NCBI GenBank assembly: GCA_004431415.1
Contig: QPMI01000448.1
Span: 1-29,703 of the forward strand
DNA: 29,703 bases
Direction: 5' to 3'
Source: Cyanophora paradoxa CCMP329
Lineage: Eukaryota > Plantae > Glaucophyta
Under the pieces are notes generated by a model that saw nothing but the letters and a program-made list of their open reading frames with translations, had not been told where the DNA came from and searched no databases. Below, one piece after another: positions 1 through 11,085 of the stretch. Numbering within the stretch: the first letter of the stretch is position 1; each line of letters begins with the position of its first letter. Made by a program: the position numbers and the translations under genes.

Positions 1-61
1 GGACGTGTGCAACCCCCCCCCCGGTATACGTCAATTCAAACTCGGCGGCAAATTTTTGAAC

Positions 62-3000
62 ATGGCGGCACCGGCGGCACCCGCGGCGGGCTCCGTGCCC
101 GCGGGAGAAATCGAACGTGTCGTGATCCACAGGAAGGGCAGCCCGGATGCGCCGCCTGTGCATTTCAAGCCGGACATGCTCAACGCCCGCCCCGTTGACG
201 TTGTCCTGCGGCTGCTCAAGACGACTGTGTTTCAGAATCTGGACGCCGAGAACATGGAATTCGTGCTCGAGAAGCGCCACGACGGCACGTCGGAGGAGCT
301 CGAAGACATCAGCCTCCTGTGCTCCACCTCGGGCTGGAAGACGGGCAAGCAGGGCGTCTACTACACGGCAATGGGTGCGCGTGCTCACGCTAACCGCCGC
401 CCGCGCTAACCGCTCGGCGCGCAGACGACCAGCCCGAGGTCGCCGCGCCGGCCGAGCCCGCCCAACGGGCGGCCACCTTCGGGGTCCGGTTTAGCGGCCG
501 CTCCAGTCAGGGCCTTGCGGACGCGGTCGCGAGCTCGGGGCGCGGTGCGCTCGCAATCGCCGCCATGTCGATTCAAATTTTGGCGCCCAACTGACATTCA
601 AATTTTGGCGCCACGCGCACAGGCTCGGGCGGGCCCACGATCGTGCGCCCGCATCCTCGCGTCGCCATGCGATCCTCCTCACGCTATACGCGCAGCCGGA
701 GGGGTTCGACCCCCTCGGCAAGGTGGCCCCTCGCGCCCAGGTGACGACGAATGCGAAGGCCAAGGCCGCCGCGGCCGCGGTCACTCAGAAAGAGAAGGTC
801 ATGGCTGCGGCGGGTGCCGCGGTGAAGAGCGGAAAGGGAATCGAGGCAGTCAAGCCTACGCCCTTCTCATTCGCGACCTACGCCCCGGCCGCGGACGCGG
901 CCTGGAAGCCTCTCCACGACATGCTCGCGATCCTCGGGAAGAGTTCCGCACCGAGTGCGTCGCGATCCTCGGCTCGTTGCTTCCGTGATTGCGCGGGTCT
1001 TCCTTTCGAACCTGATCGCGCGTCTTCGTCGCAGTACACATCCTGAGCGAGGAGATTTTCGTGAACTACTTCGACCCGAAGGGCTTCGAGATGGCGCGGA
1101 ACATCACGAACCGCAGCGCGAACCAGCCGGAGTGGGGGAACACGCTGACTGTTGCCACGGCTGTCATCACCGAGATCGTGGATCCGAGCAACCCCGCGAA
1201 GAAGATGCATGTCGTCCCCCTGGACAACATCGAGAAGATGTGGGTCATGCAGGTTAGCCGCCTAGCAGCATGCATTGCGTCCTCTTCTTCCCCATCCCAC
1301 CTCTTCCTTTTTTCCTTCTTTCTCTGTGCTCACTGCATGCTTTTTGAACACCCGCAGGACCCTGTCAGCATGCAGGACTGGAACCTCTTCGTGAACAAGC
1401 ACTTGGCCAAACCGACTGGCCAGCACATCATCTTCATGGGCGAACCCACCGCCAAGATTGTCAGGGACGTGCGTGCATGCCCTTTGATTCCTCTTCTCTG
1501 GCCTCTAGAGCACACTGACCGCTTGCTTTCGAGCAGTTCGTAAACAAGAAGGCTGAATTGGCCGCCCGCCGGAGCCGTGGTGTGGCCGACTTCCAGGAGC
1601 CCCGGTACAACGTCGTCTTCAAGCTCGGGACGTCCGGGAAGGATCCAACGACCATCACAATCGAGATCGAAGGCATGCTTGATCCGCACCCCTACACGCA
1701 GCTCGCTGGTCTGTGCTCCTTTCTCCTTTCTTGGCTTGTGCTCCTTTCTGTAAAGGTCCCTCTTCAGTCTAACCTTAGCACCTGCTCTTCTATCTGCAGA
1801 TGCATTCTCAGCGTTCATGACGAAGAAGCTGAACGCTGAGGAGCCCCTGGAAGTGTACAAGATGTTCGTCCCCAACAAGCCGCCGAAGGGCGCGGGCCGG
1901 CGGCCCAACAACTTCCAGGACGCCGTGAATGAAATCACCCCTGACAACTTCCCAGTGTCCAGTGCGTTGTGCTCTCCTGGCACCCGATGCACCGCGCCCT
2001 TCTCTGATGCATGTGCCCCGTGCAGAGCTCACCGAGTGATGGGCCTACGAGGCGAACTGCAACTACATCGGTGTGGTGCTCACATCGATGACTTCGAGCG
2101 GGGGTCGCAGCATGCCATCCTGCGACGATGAACTACGCCCGAAAAGTTCTCAGACTGCCCTTCCTGCTTAGTTCCCCTCTGTCCACCGAATCTCACTCTG
2201 TGCTGAGCAAAATACTCCTCAACCGCAAGGACCCGGAGCGTGGTCAATCCCACGTCGGGCGGCCCCTCCTGCAGTCGTATGTCAACGCATTGCAATGTGC
2301 CACCGCCATGTTCCACAAGATGTGCCCCACGACGTCCTCAAGCTGCGGACGGCATGACTCGCCCGCTCTCGGTCTGTGACAGCTCAGGCTCCAACCCAAC
2401 CCTTGCAGGGACTGCCTGACTCTTGCAGCAGCTCCGCATCGAGGATGCCCTCGGAGCTCGTGAACCTGGAGCTGCGGCCGTACGTCGTCCCGGAGGACAA
2501 GCTCGAGACGCGATGAAGGATGCCCGCAACGGTACGCCCGTTTCTGCCCTCGCCGTCCCCTGTCTCATGCTTCTGGAGCAGGGAAGTCTGCTTTCCTCGT
2601 CCATCCTTGCAGTGTTTGCGGCTACAAGCGCATCGGCAACCCGGAGCACGACGAAATTGTGAGAAGTTCAGCAGGACCAGCAAGCACGTCTTCGTCTGCG
2701 ACTGGCTCGGCTACAAGTGCTACCAGGGCCCTGCTTCGGCGTGTGCCGGCAGGGGTCAAGGACTTCTGCCACTGCGAGGAGGAGGACGGGCCCGTGGAGG
2801 ACGTGGAACACGTGGAGAAAACGCCGGCGCCTCCGAAGCGGGGCCGGCGGTCCAAGACGGAGAAGGAGCAGCAGCCCAGGCCCTCCCTGCGGCCCCGCCC
2901 TCCCTGACCCCAAGCTCGGCTCCTCCTCTTCCGATCCCCTCCCTCTCGACACCCCGGCCGCCTCGAGCTCCCGTCCGGCGGCGGAGGTTCGCGCAAGCGT

Positions 3001-3093
3001 GCCCGCACGATGAACTACGCCGTCCTCGCCAGCGGCGGGCTCGACCTGGAGGCCGCAAAGGAGAAGGCGCAGCAGGAGAAGGGGCAGCAGTAG
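62..3093 (+). CDS. Multi-exon hypothetical protein (possibly two genes or a decaying gene); N-terminal and central parts resemble beta-grasp/PB1-like domains, Cys-rich segment near the C-terminus
   Basis: ATG at 62. Coding-like exons (MAAPAAP..., VNYFDPKGFEM..., DPVSMQDWNLF..., EPRYNVVFKLG..., MTKKLNAEEPL...) are separated by short pyrimidine-rich GT..CAG introns, with GCTAAC branch motifs in intron 1. In-frame TGA at 2037-2039 and frame breaks after ~2100. The 3' end is uncertain. Confidence 0.55.
571..612 (+). repeat. 17-bp direct repeat ATTCAAATTTTGGCGCC x2 (E2F-like TTTGGCGC next to a CHR-like TTCAAA)
   Basis: Identical copies at 571-587 and 596-612; related TTCAAA/TTTGAA motifs at 35-60, just before the ATG at 62. 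Confidence 0.6.
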
Positions 3094-3529
3094 TTGCTCT
3101 GAAGTAGCTGCTAGCTCTGCACAGCAGTAGCTGCAGATAGCCTGTGCTCTTGGTAGGATTTTATTTTCCTTCATGTCCATTCCGAGCTCTCCCGCTGGGC
3201 TCGCAACTCTATATATGTATCCATGTGTTTGCTATCTATAGTAATGTGCTGTCTATCGCTGTGTATGTATCTATGTCGGCTGTTTATCGCTGTGTATGTA
3301 TTTGTGTGCAATCTGGATTGATTTCGTATGTGTGCCTGCGCTCTCCTCTCTGCGTGCCTGGCCATGCATGCATCCCTTCAAGGTTCCCTTCCCAAGTTGA
3401 CAACAACATCTCGTGTTCAGAGCACGACTCAGCGACACGTTCACAGAGCTTCACGCGGAACAGGAAGCGCCGCGGGAGGGAGCGACCCCGCACGGCTAGC
3501 GCCTAGCGCCAGCAGTTGCGGCAGCGAGC

Positions 3530-4104
3530 GCCCTCCTTGTTGTACTTGGGTCCGAGGCCCGGAGCGCCTCCTCCGAGCTGAACTCGGGCCAGAGGATCTT
3601 CCCCTTCATCTGCGCGCACCGCCTTTAGCTACTGAGTGCCTCAAAGCCGGGGCACGCGAGCTGTACGCACGCGGAGGCCGGGCACGTCGGGTTCTGGCCG
3701 AGACCTTGGAGACCTTGTGGATCTTGCCCGTCGACGGACTCCCGGTGTACTTCTCGTTCGGTGGAGGAGGAGATGCGTTGCGCCGAGCTTGCGCGCGGCG
3801 GGCTGCGGGGGCGCAGGGCGCTGACCTAGCTCGGCGCGGATGGCGGTTCAAAACGAGGACGCGCCACGGGCGACGGCGGCCGCGTACCTTCCTCGACTTC
3901 CGTCTTTATCGTGCGCACCTCCACCGTGAGCGCCTCCAGCTGCCGCTGGAGGTCGGCGATGAGCTCGCGTTCGGAGGGAGCGGCGCCCGCAGCGGACGCC
4001 GGCTCGGGGCTGCTGCAGGCCGCCGGAAAGTGAACTCCTTGCCGCGAAGCGGCCCGGACTCAAAGACGCCGGCCGCGGCAGGTGCCGGGTTGCGCGAGTC
4101 CATG
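3530..4104 (-). CDS. Short hypothetical gene with a coiled-coil exon (ERELIADLQRQLEALTVEVRTIKTEVEE); frame-broken
   Basis: Coding-like minus-strand pieces separated by GT..AG intron-like segments; boundaries approximate. Confidence 0.3.
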
Positions 4105-4212
4105 GGTTTGACGGCGTCGTCAAGCCAGGGGTACGCGTCGTTACCATGCTCCCGGCTGCGGCCGCCGTGCTCCTGCGCCGCCCGTGGCGGCTGTCGCGGC
4201 CGCGCAGTTTGA

Positions 4213-6115
4213 GCAGCCGGTGAGCAGCTCCCCGACCTCATCGTAACAGCCGTGAAGGATATATCGAAGCACGGCGAGAACACCGTGTCACTGGCACCGG
4301 CGAAACTAGATGCTTTCATCGCCGAAGTGGCGGCGATCTTCGACGTTCCCGAATTCGCACGGCCCTTGCTCAAACTCTACGTGGTGCTCTGCGGCGCTGG
4401 CCACTGGGTGCCCAACCAGCAGGTCGGCAGTTCGCCGCCCGTCGATGCTCGCCTGCTTCTGAATGCGCGCAGATATTCGACAAGCACATCCGGCAGGGAA
4501 ATCTATACTACTTCATCAGCACCAACCCCTGCGATGTGCCGAAGCTGCTCGCGGAGCAGGCGAAGTCGGCGGAGCAGCTGCACCACAGGCAGCGCGGGCG
4601 GGGCATCGGCGCCACGTCCAAGCCAAAGCGAACCCCGCAGCAGGTTCGGCCCGCGCAGACAGGCGCGCGCGGCATGTTCACTGCTGAACAAAATCGAGCA
4701 GCACACAGACCAACTCAACTTGCAGTGGATCCAGAAGACCGTGGGGCCAGCGGAAACTCTTCCTGGCAACCAAAAAACCAAGCTCTTGCTGGGGAGCGCG
4801 ACGAAGTTCGTCGCCGAGAAAGCCACGAAATGTGCCCAGCAGAGGACGAAGGCTTCCTTGTCCCTCGCCGCAGATCTGTGAGCATTCTGATGGTGAACCC
4901 CGTCTGCGCTCCGCTGACTCGTATCTGCAGGCTTTCGTGTGCCGAGATGTGCAAGCGGGAAGCCGGGACGTTGTGTTTCCTGACGATAAGATGAACGATA
5001 TGGAGAGTCTCATGAGCAAGCACGTGGTTGAGAAACAGCCGATTTCTCTGCCGAAGCTAAACCGTTCATCGTATTCCTGGTGAATCAACAGTTCAAATCC
5101 GAGACTAAATTGCGTGCTCTCTTTATGGAGAATCTCAAAACCTCCCACAACATCGACAGCGTGGTTTGTGTCCTTCCCTTCACTCTCCTGCCCGCATCCT
5201 GATCACGGCTCACAGAAGGCAATTGCCGGGCTGGAGAGCAGGAGAATGCATCGGACGAGCCAGGGCACGTTTGTGCTTGCGCGTACTAAATTCCGTCGGG
5301 TCCGGCTGCAGCTCACGGGTCAGCAGATGAGGAGGAGGAGGAGGAAGAGGAGGCTCGTCGCCGCACTCCAGAGGAGCGGGCCCTCCTTCTCAATGCCATG
5401 GCGGACAAAGCGTTGGCTGGAGCAGGGCGGGCCCTTCCCCGCCTCCTGCCCTGCTCCTGCCCCGCCTGCTGCTATACCTCCACCCCCCCTGTGGATCTTC
5501 AGAAGGAGGAGGAGGGGGGGGAAGAGGAGGACGAGGACGAGGACGAGGATGTGGCTCCTGACGGCGTCGAGGCCGATGATGGCACGTGTGAACCCGAAAG
5601 ACTCCCGTCTGTATCCTAACTTTCTTCAGAATCGAAGCGATCGAAGGCGGGGGGCAGCAGCAAGGGCCCCAAGGAGAAGAGCACAGGAAGGAAGAAAAGA
5701 CGAATCACGTGCGTGTAGCCCTTCCCTTCAATTGTGTGTTCTTTTACACGTGAATGATCGAAATCGCAGCGAGACCGATGAGATCCCGCTGCCTGAAATT
5801 CGGGTTGTAGACCAGGCCGGAAGGAAGAACGTTGTGGACGTTCATTTCCAGATTCCAGCAGGCGTGTGCAAGTTGGAGGAGAAGCAGAGGCATGCAGTCA
5901 TTTGGAAGCGGGTTCTGGAGAACGGGCGCAACACGATTCCACTCAAGCTCGACATGTCGACCAGGATGTGGAAAGAGAAAAAAGCCTTCAACAAGGAAGG
6001 AATACAGGTGTGGTCAGCAATAGTCGAAAGCAACGGCAATGGTGGCCTCGCCATAGTCAAAAAAAGCAAGAACAGCCGGGTCTTAGACACTAACAATCCA
6101 GATGCTAAACCCTAG
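4213..6115 (+). CDS. Multi-exon hypothetical protein with acidic poly-E/D tracts
   Basis: Exon-like pieces (KDISKHGENTV..., IFDKHIRQGNLYYF..., EEEEEEEEARR..., EEEDEDEDED, ETDEIPLPEIRVVD...DAKP*) joined by short introns; TAG at 6113-6115; start not resolved. Confidence 0.5.
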
Positions 6116-6211
6116 CATGTTTCTTCAGTGCAATGCTTTCTTGTCCTTTCGTAACCACGCGTCCGGGGTTGAGGGGTGTGCAATCATCTCTGTACTCTGT
6201 ACTCGTGAACA

Positions 6212-6357
6212 TCCAGAGAAAGAACTACCTTGACCAGAGACTGCAGCTAGCCGAGATGCGAGCAGCTCCAGAGAAAGAACTACCTTGACCAGAGACTGCC
6301 TAGCTATAGCCATATGCCTAGCTGCAGCTCGCGTGAGTGTCCATATGCCTAGCTGCA
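6212..6357 (+). repeat. Short direct repeats: 33 bp x2 (6212-6244, 6267-6299) and 17 bp x2 (6310-6326, 6341-6357)
   Basis: TCCAGAGAAAGAACTACCTTGACCAGAGACTGC and CCATATGCCTAGCTGCA each occur twice. Confidence 0.85.
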
Positions 6358-6867
6358 ACTGCGGGGACGAGCGCAAGGACTCGATGGGGCGCACGGGGCT
6401 CAAGAAGAGGGGGAAGCGCGGCCGATGCAGACGCGCTTGCGTGCCACGGTGCGCGCTTTCGCCACGCAGCCGTGGGCCCTTCCGCGACTCCGGTGATCGT
6501 AATGCTCCCGTCAGGCTTGCCGGAGGGCGTGCCAAAGCCGCAGCGGGACGCCACCTGCGGTATTGACGCCATCGTAAATGGCCCGTGCGGCGCCGCGGGC
6601 GGTGCACGGGCGCTGCGCCGGCGATGGGATCGCAGTCTGTGTGCGTACCGTAGGCGGATGCGAGCCTCGGGCGTGCCTATTCGCAGCCCGCCGCGAGGAA
6701 CAGGTGGTGTTGCCAACTGGCACGCCCGAGCGAGGCGGCGCGGGATGGGGCTGGGCGGCGCCCAGGTCACTGGCGGCTCGCTCGCGCCGAGCTCGCTGCA
6801 GGAGCGCTCGGCGGGCTCCGGGATGGCTGAGTCCGGTGTACCCGGGAGGTGTTGGGTACGCAGCGAA

Positions 6868-7642
6868 ATGGCCGCGGGTGGCGCGAGCCCGGCCCAGCCA
6901 AGCAGCATCGAGGAGGAGACTCTGCGCGGCTACGTGGACCAGAGGAAGACGGCCGCTGAGATACTGACTCTGCTAGCCGAGCAGCACGGCATCAACCTCA
7001 ACAGGCGCGCTCTGCGCTCCAGGCTCCGCGAGCTTGGCCTCTCAACGAACTACGCTCTCTCTTTCAATGTCCTTTGTGTCGCCGTGCTGGAGGTTGTTAA
7101 CTTAAATGGCCCCCTTTTCGGCGGCGGCATGATCCGCACGGCCCTCCGCGCCCAAGGCATCACAGCGTCGAAGTCGAGGATTCGGAAGGCCCTCGCGGTG
7201 TTCGATCCGGTGTGGCGCGAGGTCCGCGGGATCCGCGCGATCCTCCGCGAGCGAGGAATCAAAGCGTCGGAGTCATGGATTCAGCGCGTCGCCAGCGCCG
7301 CGGCCATGAAGATAGAGTGCGATCTGCCATGCTGCACTAGTATATCCCCAGTCTATCCCAATCTGGCTCACGCGTGCCTTGCCGCGGTGTGCAGGTCACA
7401 CATGCCCGTGCCCTACAACCCAGCTGTGCAGGGCCGGAAGGAGCTCCGCGATCGCTTCGTCAACTACGCCCGCGCGCGCCCCCGATACAACGGGTCCGCG
7501 CCGCTGCAATGCGTTCCGCTGTTCCGCTGAGGCGCTGCTTGCTCACAGGTACTTCGCATTTGCCTACGGCTGGACCCTCGGTCCCGACCAGCCCGAGAAA
7601 ATCTACAGACCTATAGATATGTACAGGTCAATGATGGAGTAG
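6868..7642 (+). CDS. IS3EU-like transposase derivative: Clr5-like plus HTH DNA-binding region, catalytic DDE core absent
   Basis: EILTLLAEQHGINLNRRALRSRLRELGL and GPLFGGGMIRTALRAQGITASKSRIRKALAVFDP match the N-terminal pattern of eukaryotic Clr5/integrase-core (IS3EU-type) transposases. Introns 7317-7394 and 7494-7548 keep the frame to TAG 7640-7642. No WHxDG-like core is present. Confidence 0.6.
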
Positions 7643-7876
7643 GTGACTCGTGTGCATGTGCCCTTCGCATCCTTCACTTTGCACGTTCCTTGCTTGTGCC
7701 CTTTCATTTGTGTACAATTATTCTTTAAGCAGCTACTTTTGCTCCTTTGACACGCTGCACAAGCCACAGGGGCCGCCGGGCAAGAAAGGCAATCAATATG
7801 GACTTAAAAGCATCTGAACAGAAAAACAATGAAGCCTGAGGGGATCTCTCGGAGTTGAAGCCCTACAAAGATCTCA

Positions 7877-8835
7877 TTAAGGGCGTGCATCCAGCATCAC
7901 ACCGATGTAGTCGCAACCCGCTCTGTAGGCCATGATGTCCTTGAGATCTGCATCGGGCACATTTATCAGCAAAGGCGCGGCACGTCTAGGCGCAGCAAAT
8001 GGAATGACCACGCACTGTCCTTCGTGCGCACCCGCACTCCAATTCGTCGCGCATCCTCTTGCCAAGGATCTGCGAGCAGAACTAAGGCACGTGGCATCGC
8101 ACTGCGAGCTCCGAGCATCGTACTGCGAAGATCGAGCTCGCCTCCTCGACCTCACGGATTCGGGCGTTCGCATCGGCCCGCGCCTTCTCAGACTTGCTCA
8201 GCTCCTCTTTCACCTCGCGGTACCTGTCGCATACGTCCTGCCGCAGAGCTGAGGCATGCTGAGCGGCCGCATGCGCATCGCACGCGCACCTTTGTCAGTC
8301 CCAGATCGACCTCACGGATTCGGGCGTTCGCATCGGCCAGCGCCTTCTGAGACTTGCTCAGCTCCTCTTTCACCTCGCGGTACCTGTCGCATACGTCCTG
8401 CCGCAGAGCTGAGGCATGCTGAGCGGCCGCATGCGCATCGCACGCGCACCTTTGTCAGTCCCAGAATCTGCGGTCCGACGAATTCGTTCGCTCTCTCCCT
8501 GGCCTCCATCTCGGCCACCTTTCGGTGCAAAGTGTCCACCTCCGCTTGCTTATCGGCAAGCCTCTCGTTGAGGTGCTGTGGGAATTCCGAAGTTCATCAG
8601 ATAGCTGGTGGCGCCCGCTACCGTCGCGCGGACCACAAAGGCAACGCACATTCAGACTGTGCTCGACGATCGTCATGACTTTCTCGTTGCAGCAAGGCCG
8701 CTCCACTTGCGTGCTGCTGTCCACCGACGCTCCGCCATCGTCTTGGGTAGTGTGAACCCCCGAGCGGCATTCCGCGGCAGAACGCGTTCTTTGAACGTTC
8801 GCGACAATCCGCGTCATCCGCGGCAACCGCGGCAT
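7877..8835 (-). CDS. Multi-exon coiled-coil hypothetical protein with a duplicated exon
   Basis: Exons LHRKVAEMEARERANE and DVCDRYREVKEELSKS(Q/E)KA(L/R)ADANARIREV x2; last exon ends DYIGVMLDARP* at 7877; GTGCG..CAG introns; start uncertain. Confidence 0.5.
8146..8465. repeat. 160-bp tandem duplication
   Basis: 8146-8305 and 8306-8465 differ at 2 positions by eye. Confidence 0.95.
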
Positions 8836-10111
8836 TTTGAGTCTATCCGCGGCAACTCCGCGGCAGTTACGTGAGAATTAATTAACCACGAAATTAAAAA
8901 AGGGGGTAGTCCAAATGACGCGGCATCTTCGCGGCATTCCGCGCTACTAACAAATTCTGCGGCAATTACCGGTAGATGTCGTTAAATCCGGCAGTTGGCG
9001 ACAGAACGCGGCATCCAAGGCGTCGTCGCGCTGCTTTCGCGGCTCTCGCCCGAGAATTAATTAACCACGAAATTAAAAAGTGGGGGTAGTGTGATTGACG
9101 CGGTGTTTCCGCGGCACTCCGCGCTACTAGCGGCAATTAGCGGTTCTCGCGAGGTTTGTCGGCATTTTGCGGCTCTACACAACCGCGGCGTCGCTTCGTA
9201 TGTCCCGATGAGGCGCAGATCATGAGCTTCATGATCATGACGCGCGTTTCCTCCGCATCATGATGCAGGCATGTTCAGAGGAACTATATAAGTATTTTAA
9301 TCATGCTTAGAACGTGTGCGCTTTTTCCACAGACCACCCTAGCTTCAGTGCTTTATGGCAATTCATGAATTGTCAGTCTGACAGTTCATCCTGTACTTTT
9401 CTGTTCGACACATGTGTCTGTGGTCTGCATGCACAATCCCGCCTCCTCCTAAACATGATTAAAATATTTATAGAGTACCTCTGGACATGCAGGCATCATG
9501 ACGCGGGAGAAAACGCGCCTCATGATCATGAAGCTCACGATCCGCGCCAGATGGCAAGCCAGAATTGACGCCGCGATTCGTATTTGCCGCGAACAACCGC
9601 AATGTACCGCGATTGTCAAATCATGCCGCGGTTAGGGAAAACTGCCGCGAAGTTGCCGCGTTATTTGGACTACCCCCCTTTTTTATTTCGTGGTTAATTA
9701 ATTCTTGGGAAACCGTCGCGTAGAAAACGCGATTCCATCGCGGATGCCGCATTTTGACGCTAACTACCGAATTTGACGACGTGTGGCAGTAATTGCCGCT
9801 AGTAGCGCGGAGTGCCGCGGAAACACCGCGTCAATCACACTACCCCCACTTTTTAATTTCGTGGTTAATTAATTCTCGGGCGAGAGCCGCGAAAGCAGCG
9901 CGACGACGCCTTGGATGCCGCGTTCTGTCGCCAACTGCCGGATTTAACGACATCTACCGGTAATTGCCGCAGAATTTGTTAGTAGCGCGGAATGCCGCGA
10001 AGATGCCGCGTCATTTGGACTACCCCCCTTTTTTAATTTCGTGGTTAATTAATTCTCACGTAACTGCCGCGGAGTTGCCGCGGATAGACTCAAAATGCCG
10101 CGGTTGCCGCG
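8819..10111. repeat. 1.3-kb modular palindrome with iterated ~180-bp units
   Basis: Outer arms 8819-9139 and 9790-10111 are reverse complements apart from one homopolymer base. Inner arms ~9212-9309 and ~9451-9548 are more diverged. Central hairpin at 9365-9389. Confidence 0.95.
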
Positions 10112-10272
10112 ACACGTCGCGCGCTCACTCGCGTCACATTTCTTCCCATCCCATCAAGAGCCGCGCTCTTTCTTTTGCCATCGCATCCCGCTTCGACGCA
10201 CAGTGCATGCGGTGTCGCGTTGGCGCGTGCGCAGCCGCAGGCCAGTCTGCCATCCCAGAGCTAGCTGCTGGC

Positions 10273-10380
10273 ATGAGAGAGACTGGGTTCATTTGGATGG
10301 GAGAAGAAACAGAACCGGAAAAGAGAGAAAAGGAGGTCTACAACGCCAGGATAGCGCGTGAGATACGAGAAGAGAGCTAG
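10273..10380 (+). CDS. Possible short ORF or terminal exon (MRETGFIWMGEETEPEKREKEVYNARIAREIREES*)
   Basis: Purine-rich, coding-like composition; its TAG overlaps the SET gene's stop within CTAG 10377-10380. Confidence 0.25.
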   Translation: MRETGFIWMGEETEPEKREKEVYNARIAREIREES

Positions 10381-11085
10381 CGAGCCAGCACGCTCCAGTA
10401 CAGCTGCCCGTACGGGACGAAGATCTCCATCCCCTGCTTGAGGACGCAGTCGGCGACTAGCCAGACCTGCCCGTCCTTCTCCACGCGGAAGAAGGCGTTG
10501 TTCGAGAAGCGGGGGTGAGTCCCGGGCTTATCCGCGTCATTTGCGAAGCGCGCTAGGCTCGCCTCCGGAAAGTCGGTGGCGTCGAGGACGTACGTGTGCC
10601 CGTACTTGCCTTTGAACGAGATGCTGTAGAGGCGACGCGAGGGCTCGCGAGCGAAAATCTCCAGCGCTTGAGTCTTCGTGTAGATCGTCCCGCGGTACGG
10701 GGTGATGAGGTCACCTGGTCTGAAAACAACTGCACCACGGCGCACGCCCGGCCGCTCCACGAAGAGGCCGGTCCCGGCGCGCCAGATGCCCGACTGCTTC
10801 GGCAGAAGCCAGCCCGCGCGGCGATCGATGCCGATGGCAGCGGTGGTGCGCGGCAGACGGCCTCGCCGCGGGGTCTGCGGCAAACTTTACTCGCAGCGAT
10901 ACTGGCGGCACGAGCGGCAGTCGAACGAGCGCACGCTCACACCACGCGTCCTTGCCGTTACCTGCCGGCAGCGAGTGCAGCCTGGCAGTTAGCGCACAGG
11001 CGACCCACTGGCGGCGCAGCGCACTCAGCGCACATACCAGTTCAGTACCTCCGGCCGAAGCGAGACGACGCAGCTGCCTATACAT
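10377..11085 (-). CDS. Small SET-domain lysine methyltransferase
   Basis: SET motifs SGIWRAGTGLF, GDLITPYRG, LARFANDA and GMEIFVPYGQLYW. Proposed exons 11085-11038, 10961-10941 and 10874-10377 splice in frame through GT..CAG introns of 76 and 66 nt; the first intron has a GCTAAC branch motif. Confidence 0.85.

Noticed and set aside
3205-3335. TGTA/TATC-rich tract as a functional repeat
   Set aside because: Degenerate low-complexity sequence between convergent genes, probably 3' UTR.
8819-10111. CRISPR array
   Set aside because: Units are ~180 bp, arranged in inverted orientation with homologous intervening sequence; no cas genes; eukaryotic context.
8800-10130. MITE with target-site duplication at the outer arm ends
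   Set aside because: The flanks (GCGTCATC left, ACACGTCG right) show no duplication.
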